From Candidatus Undinarchaeales archaeon (GTDB lineage Archaea; SpSt-1190; JASMDC01), in contig JASMDC010000001.1 of the NCBI GenBank assembly GCA_030753015.1, positions 128,001 to 192,000 of the forward strand: a stretch of 64,000 nucleotides of DNA, written 5' to 3'. Position numbers and translations under genes: made by a program. The notes under the pieces are model-generated. The model saw only the letters and a program-made list of their open reading frames with translations, was not told where the DNA came from and ran no database searches. Below, piece after piece: positions 1 to 9,247 of this stretch. Numbering within the stretch: the first letter of the stretch is position 1; each line of letters begins with the position of its first letter.

Positions 1-40
1 CACGCCTGCTCAAGAGTCTCACGTACTCCTTTACCAAGGC
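1..40. repeat. Degenerate copy of the 3' end of the DPM1-like gene (matches 2502-2541)
   Basis: cacgcctgctcaagagtctcacgtactcctttaccaaggc vs cacgcctactcaagagtctcgcgtacccctttgccgaggc, 35/40 identical; may extend left of the window. Confidence 0.75.
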
Positions 41-71
41 ACGGTGGCGTAACACCATACTTCGATGCCTG

Positions 72-1145
72 TTAATTGAATCTTTTGAAGAAGATCTTTC
101 CAAGCAGCCGAGGGTACCTCTTAAAGTCGAATATCACACTTGCGTTGATCGCGCATTCAAAGGTGCAGTAGCATTTCTTGTCCCTTATCGATCTTCTGAC
201 CTGCTCTGCACCTTTGCTGGCGAGCAGTCTGTTGATGTCATAGTCAAAGTCACGGATATTACCCATCTTTTTATCCAGCAGCTCGCATGGAAAGACATCA
301 CCAGTCTCGCTGATTTCGATCAGGCGCTCTCCTGCAACACATGGGACGACCATGCTCTTCTTCCTTGCCGTGTTGATAATCTCCCTAAGACTTTCCTCGT
401 AGACCACGTGGAGGAACCTGTCAAAGGGCTTCTTTTCCCGCTTTTTTTCCTTTACCTCGATATAGCGCTGCATTTCCTCGTAGGCGTCAAGCGTGTCCGC
501 GATCGCACTCTTGCATCGGGGTGTGCCTCGTAATAAGGTGAGCAGATGGTTGTCTGCATCGAATCTCTCTTCTACGGAATTGAATATCCCTCGGATATTG
601 TCGACGTTGTAGCTTGAGAGCACTGTACAGAAATCTATGTTGAGGTTGTCATGCCTTTTCCTAAGTTTGTCCAGACTATCGTAAGTCCTAGTTACTGCCT
701 CGAAGATCCCCTTTACATCGCGAATGAGATCATGTTCCTCTTCCCAGCCATCCAGTGAGATCGAGATTCTGAAATGCGTTCCGGGATTTTGTTCAAGGAT
801 CATCTCCATGTCCTTCTCGATCTTTTCTGTCAGCAGACCGTTCGTGGTTATCGTTATTATTAGAGGATTAGTGTACCGGCACACTACATTGCAGATTTCC
901 ACAAGGTCGTTGCGTAAGAACGTCTCGCCCCCGGTCAGAGAGACCTGCATGAGCTGCCCGAGACCTTTACAGATCCTTTCGATCTCCTCCAGTTTAAGCT
1001 CGTCTCTCGCCTCTGCCTGATCAATGTTCTTCCAATAGAAGCAATGTTTGCATCTCGCATTGCATCTGGCGGTCACAAAGAGTATGACGTAGACAGGCTT
1101 CGAGCCCTTCAAGAGGCTTTTAACTATCCGAGAAGAGCCTTTCAT
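72..1145 (-). CDS. Radical SAM protein with C-terminal SPASM/twitch-like domain
   Basis: CNARCKHC motif, LTGGE, ISLDG, C-terminal CVAG...GDVFPCE...CYCTFEC; ATG at 1145 preferred over 1184. Confidence 0.9.
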   Translation of the reverse strand: MKGSSRIVKSLLKGSKPVYVILFVTARCNARCKHCFYWKNIDQAEARDELKLEEIERICKGLGQLMQVSLTGGETFLRNDLVEICNVVCRYTNPLIITITTNGLLTEKIEKDMEMILEQNPGTHFRISISLDGWEEEHDLIRDVKGIFEAVTRTYDSLDKLRKRHDNLNIDFCTVLSSYNVDNIRGIFNSVEERFDADNHLLTLLRGTPRCKSAIADTLDAYEEMQRYIEVKEKKREKKPFDRFLHVVYEESLREIINTARKKSMVVPCVAGERLIEISETGDVFPCELLDKKMGNIRDFDYDINRLLASKGAEQVRRSIRDKKCYCTFECAINASVIFDFKRYPRLLGKIFFKRFN

Positions 1146-2121
1146 GGTAATCGTTTCCCGCGAGCTTCCTGACCGCCGAGTCAATCAGCGAACAGCATGC
1201 ACCCATTGTTGTTATGCATGAGAAGAAGATGTTAATGGGGATGAATATGGGCAAGAGGGACGGGTGTGTCCTGATGACGATCCTAAAGAAGCCCCTGAGG
1301 TAGAAAAGGTATAATATCAGTGCCACGGCTGCTCCCGAAATCGCAGGGGGGAAACTGATTGAGGCCCCCAAGAGAATAAGGGTTGCGGTCGCCGATAATG
1401 TCCCAATCGCCATCCCGAGGGTGGTTGAACAACTAGGTGTGAACGACTTTCTCTTGTGCAAGAAGAATTTCATCCACCAGAAGGTCCTCCAGAAGTAGAC
1501 ACTACAGAGTTTCCAGAAACCCGGGAACTGGTGCTTCACGATAATATTTGGATCGAGGATCATCTTGAACTTCGGTGAGATCCTGAAACCGAACTCCTCG
1601 TTCTCGGTCGGTACTTGAAAGGTAAACTTTTCGTTATAGCCGCCCGTTTCGAGGAATACTCTTTTCTTTGTAAGACAGCATTTCGCCTCAAAGACTGGGT
1701 AGTTGCCCAGGTCGCCTTGGGTGTATATATGCTGGTCCATCAGGCACTTGTACAGGGGGAATAGCCCCTTATTGGTCGGCTCTACAGAATAATGTCCGTT
1801 GACCACATCCGCACCCGTTCTATTCATGGCCTCAATGGCCATCTCGATTGTGTCCTTGAACACCACTACATCCGAATCGAAGAACATGACCCGATCGTAA
1901 TTCGCATTCTTCACTCCAAGGTTCCTTGCCTTTCCAGGGCCGGCATTCGTATGCGTTATGATCCTTACTTGGAATCCCTTCACGATCTCAAGCGTTAAGT
2001 CCGTGCTCTCGGCATCCACGATGATGACCTCGAACTTCTTGTAACTTGATCTGAAGATCGACTCGAGGAGCCTTTCGATAGTCTTCTCAGAATTATACAC
2101 CGGAATGATAATTGAGATCAC
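1120..2121 (-). CDS. Glycosyltransferase family 2 with C-terminal TM helices
   Basis: ISIIIPVYN, IIVDAESTD, GPGKARNLG, FFDSD. Confidence 0.9.
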   Translation of the reverse strand: MISIIIPVYNSEKTIERLLESIFRSSYKKFEVIIVDAESTDLTLEIVKGFQVRIITHTNAGPGKARNLGVKNANYDRVMFFDSDVVVFKDTIEMAIEAMNRTGADVVNGHYSVEPTNKGLFPLYKCLMDQHIYTQGDLGNYPVFEAKCCLTKKRVFLETGGYNEKFTFQVPTENEEFGFRISPKFKMILDPNIIVKHQFPGFWKLCSVYFWRTFWWMKFFLHKRKSFTPSCSTTLGMAIGTLSATATLILLGASISFPPAISGAAVALILYLFYLRGFFRIVIRTHPSLLPIFIPINIFFSCITTMGACCSLIDSAVRKLAGNDYHERLFSDS

Positions 2122-2493
2122 TTCAGATCACCGAGTTCTCATCCATCTTGATAGTCTCTTTCTTTGTCATATAACGATTCGAAGAGTTTAGGCTCTAATC
2201 TTGTGTGCGATTCAAAAAGATTCCCTTTCGAGGATCGCAGCAGAAAAACCAAAGGGAGGACCTTTTCTTTAGCAGGTCCCAAAGGATCAGGAAGGGGGTG
2301 ATACCAAGGATGATCTTGCCATCATCCACGTGCCTCCGTCCCATCGGAAGGGCTATACATCTTCTAATGCCCGGTTCTCGAACCGCTTGGCTTCGACTAA
2401 TTCAAGGGTGCCCGTCATCATGGTTCGGGGGCACGGCCCGGACGTCATTCTCTCTTTCTGCTGCGTGGTAGGAGCGCTTGCTCTCACACCGAC

Positions 2494-3201
2494 CTAGAAC
2501 ACACGCCTACTCAAGAGTCTCGCGTACCCCTTTGCCGAGGCCCCCCAGTTCAGCTTGCTCCTACCATGTACTCTCATAGTGAAGGTGATGGGGACCTCGG
2601 TGATGGTGTACCCCTGCTCGATTGCGAACATGAGTATCTCCGGGTAGAACTCGAAGTCCCTGGATCGTGTACGGGGATAGAGCTCATCGAGCACCGAACG
2701 CCTATAGAGGCGATAGCCGGATGTCATGTCGGTCACAACGTTCCTGCCAAGGGTGATGTTCAGGAACTTCGTCGTCAGGTCGCTGACAACACGCTTGAAG
2801 TGGGGCATGTCCACGATCACACCCCCGGGCGCACGACGTGAACCCACGACGATGTCGGGATCCGATGTCTGCACCGCGCGTACGAACCTCTCCAGCTCAT
2901 CGGGCCGATGGTTGAGGTCCGCGTCCATGGTCAGGACGTGGTCAGCCCGTGGATCCACTTCCGCGAATCCCGTCCTGAACGCTCTTCCCACACCCAAGGG
3001 GGACGGGTGTGCAATGTATCCCAGCCCGGGGTGGTCGTTCTTCATCCTCTCGATGAGCTCTGCTGACCCATCATTCCCTTGGAGGACGTAGATTATCTCG
3101 TAATCGACGTCGAGCTCGTGGAGCGCTTTGATCAGCTGTGGTGTGAGCACCTCGAGGTTCTCACACTCGTCATATGCCGGGATGACTGCGGAGATGAACA
3201 T
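2494..3201 (-). CDS. Polyprenol/dolichol-phosphate glycosyltransferase (DPM1-like GT2)
   Basis: VIPAYDE, TMDADLNH, VVGSR, DMTSGYRLYRR, EVPITF..R.HG.SKL. Confidence 0.9.
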   Translation of the reverse strand: MFISAVIPAYDECENLEVLTPQLIKALHELDVDYEIIYVLQGNDGSAELIERMKNDHPGLGYIAHPSPLGVGRAFRTGFAEVDPRADHVLTMDADLNHRPDELERFVRAVQTSDPDIVVGSRRAPGGVIVDMPHFKRVVSDLTTKFLNITLGRNVVTDMTSGYRLYRRSVLDELYPRTRSRDFEFYPEILMFAIEQGYTITEVPITFTMRVHGRSKLNWGASAKGYARLLSRRVF

Positions 3202-3951
3202 CGTAATCCTGCTGTTCTGTGGTATCCTTGTCTGCGAGCGGGCCCTCGTCGGCCCCCTATCATTATCGTTCTATCGAAATTTAAAGATGTTCTCTCCATG
3301 ACACCTCCCCCATTTTCTGTCGAGTGGGCTCGCGTCTAGCGTTCTCCCTGGAGCACAGCATGACGTGGCCGTTGTGTCACCGGAAGGGGGTTTCGATACC
3401 CTCTTTTCTTGACGTCGCCGGAACAGCTAGAATCTTGCTTCTGTGCTGCTTTTTCGTCCCTTGTCACGAATCCGCTCCGATCTTATTCCCGCTCGTCCCT
3501 GGTCCCCTCAGTTCTGGGCTGAAATGTCTTCTTCTGGGCTGCTGCCCTCTCTGAAGCGGACCCCCTTCCTTGTTTTTCAGCTCCCGGAACTCGTTTTCAC
3601 ACCCCTATTACGTTTTTTATCTACTTTTTTCACATTTTTTCTTACATTTTAAGGAGTTTCGATATATTCCCGGGATTCGTACCTTGATAGTCGTGAACGT
3701 ACCCTCATTCTCACCCCTATTTGGGCCGTAAATAACCGCATAAATCAAGTAAATTGCTGACATTTACGCATAATTCACCTATAATGCACCTTTTAGGCGT
3801 CAGATCAGGGTTTTACTGGGTAGTGGTGGTGGAATTCTCGTTTTCTAGCCGACCCGTACAAATTCACTATTTAGCAGGGGTTAACTCATAAAAGATTATT
3901 GATGTAAATATGCAATAACGTATCAAATATTACGGAAAAAGTTCAGAATAA

Positions 3952-4030
3952 CCTGCTGCAGGCCTGCTGCTGGTGCTGCTGCTGCTGCTACCGTGCTGCT
4001 GCTGCTAGCGAACAGCAGCATCACCAGCAC
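3952..4030. repeat. (CTG)n/CAGCA short-repeat cluster in non-coding DNA
   Basis: cctgctgcaggcctgctgctggtgctgctgctgctgctaccgtgctgctgctgctagcgaacagcagcatcaccagcac. Confidence 0.85.
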
Positions 4031-4182
4031 ATGTGAGTTAAATATGCGTTAAAACAATGCATATGTCCCAAAGAGCAAAATTCTGGGAGAAGAGTGGGAA
4101 ATTATCGATAATGCACCGTTTCCGGGGGGATCGGGACGCAAATCGAGCGTTATTAGGTGGTGGAATGGGGGGATGTGCTGCC

Positions 4183-4719
4183 CTACTTGCGCTTGCGCTT
4201 CTTGGGCTTCTCCTTTTCCTTGATCTCGAGCTCCTCGGTCTCTTCTTCCTCTTCAACGATGGAGTAGAAGACCTCCCTACCTCGCTGGATTTTGGTGACC
4301 AGACTGCGCTGATAGAGCTCGGAGAGCTTTGCAGAGGTCGTACCGCGCTTGACGCCGAGAATACGGGCGAGATCATTGGCGGTTACGCTCTTGAGGTTCC
4401 TGATGGCTTCGAGGTACTTCATATCGGTCTCAGAAACGAGACCGAAGACGATATCCTTTGCATTTTCGAGTTCGTTCTTTAAACAGGAACCATCTTCTGA
4501 TTTACGTTCCATTTCAAGAAGGATCTCTCTGAGAGCGTCCAATTCGCCAGTATTTTGAAGTATTGTCTCGTGCTGCAGGTGCAGGGCCACGTGCTGCTGC
4601 TGTAGCTTATACTGTTGCTGCTGTAGCAGTTCGTTGTGACCGCGGAGATCCTCCAGCACGGCCTTGTACCCAACAAGAAGGTCGATAACGCGATCGATGC
4701 CCAGGAGACTCTTGAACAC
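4183..4719 (-). CDS. Coiled-coil plus C-terminal winged-helix DNA-binding protein with poly-Q tract and acidic/basic tail
   Basis: VTANDLARILGVKRGTTSAKLSELYQRSLVTKIQRGREVFYSI is a wHTH; GTG start at 4719 has a GAGGTGA RBS. Confidence 0.8.
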   Translation of the reverse strand: MFKSLLGIDRVIDLLVGYKAVLEDLRGHNELLQQQQYKLQQQHVALHLQHETILQNTGELDALREILLEMERKSEDGSCLKNELENAKDIVFGLVSETDMKYLEAIRNLKSVTANDLARILGVKRGTTSAKLSELYQRSLVTKIQRGREVFYSIVEEEEETEELEIKEKEKPKKRKRK

Positions 4720-4833
4720 TTTTTTCACCTCGATACCCGGGCGGATACCTCGATTTGAGGCGATAATCCGCCTAAGGGATGGTAATGCAGACAAGGTCGC
4801 TGATCGTTTATAATACTGTGGTCGAAGTTAGAA

Positions 4834-5029
4834 AGCGATAACTTATGATTGAAAGCGATACTAAGAATAAGGGAATTAACTGCAGGTGCTGCAGGTGCTG
4901 GGGGCTGGACCAGCAGGTCAGATGGATTGGATTCGTTCGAACCAGCGATACCTTATGACCGTAGTTCCCACTTGCTATCGGGTGATCGGAAGCCCGATAA
5001 GAAGCGATAAGGTATAGTCTAAAGCGATT
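4834..5029. promoter_or_regulatory. Array of AGCGATA direct repeats upstream of the wHTH gene
   Basis: AGCGATA at 4834, 4854, 4944, 5003; variants at 4993 and 5023; agcgataacttatga/agcgataccttatga pair. Confidence 0.6.
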
Positions 5030-5627
5030 TCTTTTTGAGCGTACAGACACGATGGGCTTCAGCTAATGGAAGCGGGAGACGTGTGCCTGTGAACAGCGGG
5101 AGTGTCATTTCCAGTGAACGTTTCAGGTCCATCAGGTGCCCGAGCGCAACGAACACGGGGCGTGATCCCTTGCGCGAGGCAACGGCATTCCCTACGATGC
5201 GGTCTTTGTAGTGGATGGGCCAGGGGCCTTCTTTTCCATCGGTGGAAAAACGGCCACAGAGGAGCCTACGAGTGACTCCGATGGTGGGTATGTCCTCCTT
5301 TACGCCTACATGGGAAGCGAGGCCGACCCCTTGGAAATGGTTGATGCCGCACCCATTGACGAGCAGCACGTCAGGTCGCGTATCGAGCTCACGTAGACTG
5401 GCAGCAATCCCTGGCGCCTCTCTATATGAGAGCAGCCCCGGGACATAGGGGAACGAGATTGGTACTGTGGCCGTTACCGTTTCCACGGTTTCCAAGCTTC
5501 TGTCCACTACGACTATCGCCGAGACCATCGACTCATCGGTGAAGGACTGGTCAACGCCACCGATTCGCTGTACGGGCCGCCCGTCCCAACGATAGTGATA
5601 CCTGTTGTGATATCCGTTCCTGCTCAT
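5019..5627 (-). CDS. nfi: Endonuclease V (deoxyinosine 3'-endonuclease)
   Basis: IGGVDQSF, FPYVPGLLSYREAP, PDVLLVNGCGINH, GLASHVG, RLPLPLAEAH; the usual DG.G is NG.G here. Confidence 0.88.
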   Translation of the reverse strand: MSRNGYHNRYHYRWDGRPVQRIGGVDQSFTDESMVSAIVVVDRSLETVETVTATVPISFPYVPGLLSYREAPGIAASLRELDTRPDVLLVNGCGINHFQGVGLASHVGVKEDIPTIGVTRRLLCGRFSTDGKEGPWPIHYKDRIVGNAVASRKGSRPVFVALGHLMDLKRSLEMTLPLFTGTRLPLPLAEAHRVCTLKKKSL

Positions 5628-5937
5628 TGAGCAGTTCTGTCACTGAGAACGCGGGCTCCGATAGACCGTTCCGCTCCGTTCCAGCATTATTGAGTGCTAC
5701 ATGACCCATGTACGCGCAGAAGAAAGCGCGGCGGATAGCATCGTTCTGTGGTGCTAGACGAACGCCTAGATCAGAGGGGCGATCGACACCAAGCAGTTCC
5801 TGTACCTGATTTGGATCACATATTATTGTACGTGACCTGCTGGTTGACTCCAGCAGCACGTCGGTCAGGTCTTGCTCGCAGCATATGATGGTGGGGCCCT
5901 CATGCAACAGTGCGGCCACTTCATCTCTTGGGGACAT
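5551..5937 (-). CDS. Hypothetical protein
   Basis: Fills the gap between dtdA and nfi on the same strand; no recognisable motif. Confidence 0.5.
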   Translation of the reverse strand: MSPRDEVAALLHEGPTIICCEQDLTDVLLESTSRSRTIICDPNQVQELLGVDRPSDLGVRLAPQNDAIRRAFFCAYMGHVALNNAGTERNGLSEPAFSVTELLNEQERISQQVSLSLGRAARTANRWR

Positions 5938-5989
5938 GCCTGTCCGATATGATTTGCATCCTGTGAACAGGCACCAAGAGATCCTGTCA

Positions 5990-6850
5990 TCAGTACTTAG
6001 GGAGATGCCCAGGCTCGTTAGCACTACGCGCTGCCTCCCGTGCCTTGATGAATCCCAGGCCAAGGCCGTCGATGGCCTCGAGCACGGCACCTCTGACGGA
6101 GCTCGTAAGACCTTTCCAATCGATGATGGCCAGCTCAGTAGGGCCGTTACGCTCCCTCGCGGTCCGCACCATGCGGGTGATATCGACAGTATCCGTGACG
6201 TATTTCGGCATGATGTGGCCTACGGCGTAATGGGTGGAGAGCATGATGTCCGTGAACCGAGGGGGATAATGGCCACCTCCGAAACCGACACAGGGAACCC
6301 AACTATCGGGGGGTTTGAACGCCACGGTGTCGAGGATTGCCCGGGCGATCACGTCAACCGCTAACGGATCGGACCATTGCTCGGGGCCGCTGCCGATCTC
6401 TACGAACACAACTGGGCTGTCCATGGCGGTGGGCCCGTGGTGGGTGACCTCGAGGGTGACCTCGTACTTGATACCGGTCGCGTCCCGCCTAGCCTTCAAT
6501 GCCTGGAGCGCGGCCTTGATGAGGCGCGGTTCGGCGACCGAGAGCTCTTCGGGACTCCCGCCGTAGCGGACTTCGGACGTCCAGTTACCTGGTGAGTGGG
6601 TGGTGAGAGACGGGGTGCCGGATATCGCCTTGTGCTTGGATGCAAAGATCCAGCTGTCGACGGTGAAGTGCTCGTCCAGATGGTCAGCATGGAGGAGTTC
6701 GCGCTCGGTCCTGACGAGGGTGATGCCCTCCCCTCTGTGGACCGGATGCCCCTCGAACGTGTCCGTCCGCTCGAAGTCCACCAGTTCAAGGATGCGATCG
6801 TGGATGTTCGTCCCCGCAGTATCGTGGACGGAGGAGACGATGCCGATCAT
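5990..6850 (-). CDS. dtdA: D-aminoacyl-tRNA deacylase (archaeal DTD2)
   Basis: FASKH, SLTTHSPGN, EVTHHGP, FVEIGS, GFGGGHY. Confidence 0.93.
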   Translation of the reverse strand: MIGIVSSVHDTAGTNIHDRILELVDFERTDTFEGHPVHRGEGITLVRTERELLHADHLDEHFTVDSWIFASKHKAISGTPSLTTHSPGNWTSEVRYGGSPEELSVAEPRLIKAALQALKARRDATGIKYEVTLEVTHHGPTAMDSPVVFVEIGSGPEQWSDPLAVDVIARAILDTVAFKPPDSWVPCVGFGGGHYPPRFTDIMLSTHYAVGHIMPKYVTDTVDITRMVRTARERNGPTELAIIDWKGLTSSVRGAVLEAIDGLGLGFIKAREAARSANEPGHLPKY

Positions 6851-6916
6851 GGTCGCAGCACCTTCACCAACGTATAAGTAGGTTTCGAACGGTCCTCGGC
6901 TGGACGATGGGCGGGT

Positions 6917-7108
6917 GACGGGATTTGCCCGTCACACTATTGTGCTGGCGTGTATTTGCACCGAGAAATATGGATTGTATGGTGAGATGGTGGCCGCACG
7001 GCCACCGTTTATAAAGTGACGGGGATACCCCGACGGATGGGCCGTGGAACTTCCAGGGATATTCCCTCCAGGGATCTACTATTGGGGTGACGACGGAGAT
7101 CCTCCGTC
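6917..7108. promoter_or_regulatory. Three 17-bp palindromic operator-like sites in a divergent promoter region
   Basis: gacgggatttgcccgtc (6917), gacggggataccccgac (7018), gacggagatcctccgtc (7092), next to TTTATAAA-like boxes. Confidence 0.55.
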
Positions 7109-7338
7109 ATTTATAATGCCAGGGCCCCTTTTATAAAGCCGCGAAATCTCCGCGATGGGTGGATTTCCACCATGGAACCTAGGGTACACGGGAAAAATCC
7201 GCTCGACAGGCGCGACCGCCGTCAGGGGCCAGATTCTTAATGGTTTGGTGTCACCTGAACGTCGCTCGATGCTCCCTCCCACACGGAGTGGGTGGGGATC
7301 TGAGTGTACGGGAGCACGCTCCACAGACGGGATGACTG

Positions 7339-9162
7339 ATGGCGGGAAGCATGAATGCAGGGCATTTCTGGCGCTGGCTGGCTATCATCGTTCTGGCGGG
7401 AGCGCTCGTACGATTCCCTGCTCTAGGGACCGTACCTCCCGGTATGCATATCGACGAGAACTCAAGTGGGTACGATGCATACTCGATCCTACTCACGGGG
7501 CGCGACCAGTACGGAGTGAGCTACCCGGTATTCTTCGAGGCCCTGGGCAATTGGAGCAGTGGCATCCATATCTACCTGTCTGTCCCTGTGACAATGCTCT
7601 TCGGCTTCGGAAAGACGCAGACGCGCCTCCCATATCCATTCTTCGGTATCGCGTCCATCATTATGGCAGGCTGTCTCGGGCAGGTGCTTTACGGCTCTAG
7701 GGAAGGATTGCTCGCAGCAGCGCTGGTTGCTATCTCGCCATGGGACATCCTGGCCAGCCGAACGGCCGATGCCCAATCCATCCTTCTCACCGTGCTGATT
7801 CCGCTGGGACTGTGCCTGCTGATCTCGGGTGCGCGTGGCCGCCCCGGTCGGTTAAAGGCGGGCCTCGTGATCATGGCGCTATCCCTGTACGGCTACGGTA
7901 CGGCCCGGTTCTTTGTGCCCTTGCTCGTCATCGGTTTCCTCGCAATCTATCGCCACCAGCTCCAGCGGAACCGTCGGGCGCTTGCCTTGGGCCTGGTGTG
8001 CTCAACGATCGTGGCGCTTCCGGTCTACACGGTATTCCTGCCGTATACGGCCAATCGCTTCCTCCAAGTGAATCAAATCGGTGCTCCCGTGGAAGGGGGA
8101 CTTGGGGTCGGGCCGGAGATGGTTGATGTCGAAACCCTCTCCGCCTTGCGGAATGTGAGCACGGGTGACGGTCCCTATGCTACCGAGCGCGACTTCATGA
8201 TGTCCTTCACGATTTGTGATTCCATCGACGACGATCTCCGGGACATGTGCCTGGGGAAGCTGAAGGACCCGGGCGAGTCACAATGGACGCCGACAGCACT
8301 GGAACGTGCACTCGGCAAGTGGACATGGCCGCTGGGCTTTCCGCTCATGGTTGTGGGCAACTACCTTACATCCCTGTCCCCGGATTTCCTGTTCATTAAC
8401 GGCGACCCGAACCCACGCCACTCGCCTCGGGGTGTCGGCCAGCTGCACGTTTTCGAGGCGCCCCTGCTCGCGGTGGGACTGGCGGCGCTGGCGTCCGGGC
8501 GCAAGCGGCGCGACAAGCTCCTCCTGCTCTGGCTCGTCCTCGGCCCCCTGCCGGCCGCCTTCACGGGCGAAGGGGGTGATCATGCCTTCCGGCTCATCGT
8601 GTGGCTCCCTGCCCTCCACCTAACGTCGGCCCGCGGCGCTGCCGTGCTCCTCTCTCGGAGGTTCCCCGAGCGCCATCCAATCCTTTCCTCGCTGATGGCC
8701 GTGGTGGCCCTGCTGGGGATAGCGGTTTTCCTGGATGTGTACTTCGTGCGATATCCGGCGGACCCTTACGCTTTGTACCGCTGGGATCGTGATGTAGGGG
8801 CCCTTCGGATTGCGGCCGATGTGGTCGGCCCCGATGGTGTGGTCCACGTCCCGGATAACACGATGCACGCAGCCGAGCTATATCAGGCCTATATGTACAA
8901 CCTCGCGCCCCACATCGACACGCCGCCGTTCGATATCCTCAAGGGGCCGCTGAGTTGCACATTCAAGAACGCCGGGCCAGAACAGCTCAGGGACGACGTG
9001 TTCATCCTGGCGCCTATGCTCCCCTGGAGGGTTCCGCCCGACTGCGATCCTACCGCCCACGGGCTCGTTGAGGTAGGCCGGGTCTCCTACTTCTCGGGTA
9101 GGGTGGCAGGCTATCTGGTGTACCGCCACCGCGACGCCGCTCCGGCCCCTGGTCGCCGGTAG
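7339..9162 (+). CDS. GT-C fold membrane glycosyltransferase (ArnT/PMT-like)
   Basis: VPPGMHIDE..GYDAYSILLTGRDQYG, FLFINGDPNPRHS; multiple TM helices. Confidence 0.85.
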   Translation: MAGSMNAGHFWRWLAIIVLAGALVRFPALGTVPPGMHIDENSSGYDAYSILLTGRDQYGVSYPVFFEALGNWSSGIHIYLSVPVTMLFGFGKTQTRLPYPFFGIASIIMAGCLGQVLYGSREGLLAAALVAISPWDILASRTADAQSILLTVLIPLGLCLLISGARGRPGRLKAGLVIMALSLYGYGTARFFVPLLVIGFLAIYRHQLQRNRRALALGLVCSTIVALPVYTVFLPYTANRFLQVNQIGAPVEGGLGVGPEMVDVETLSALRNVSTGDGPYATERDFMMSFTICDSIDDDLRDMCLGKLKDPGESQWTPTALERALGKWTWPLGFPLMVVGNYLTSLSPDFLFINGDPNPRHSPRGVGQLHVFEAPLLAVGLAALASGRKRRDKLLLLWLVLGPLPAAFTGEGGDHAFRLIVWLPALHLTSARGAAVLLSRRFPERHPILSSLMAVVALLGIAVFLDVYFVRYPADPYALYRWDRDVGALRIAADVVGPDGVVHVPDNTMHAAELYQAYMYNLAPHIDTPPFDILKGPLSCTFKNAGPEQLRDDVFILAPMLPWRVPPDCDPTAHGLVEVGRVSYFSGRVAGYLVYRHRDAAPAPGRR

Positions 9163-9247
9163 ATTCATTAAGGTTAGGTGCAATTGCCGCTCCGCGACAC
9201 GTACCTCTCGGGCCTTCCCCGGTTGATGGTGACGAGCGCACAATGGG

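Noticed and set aside
2205-2471. 88-aa ORF and the 3324-3652 ORFs
   Set aside because: Atypical composition, no motifs, opposite to local gene direction.
3560-4180. Canonical Orc1/Cdc6 origin
   Set aside because: No ORB consensus (TCCA..GAAA + G-string) and no cdc6 gene seen; kept only as an unexplained repeat locus.
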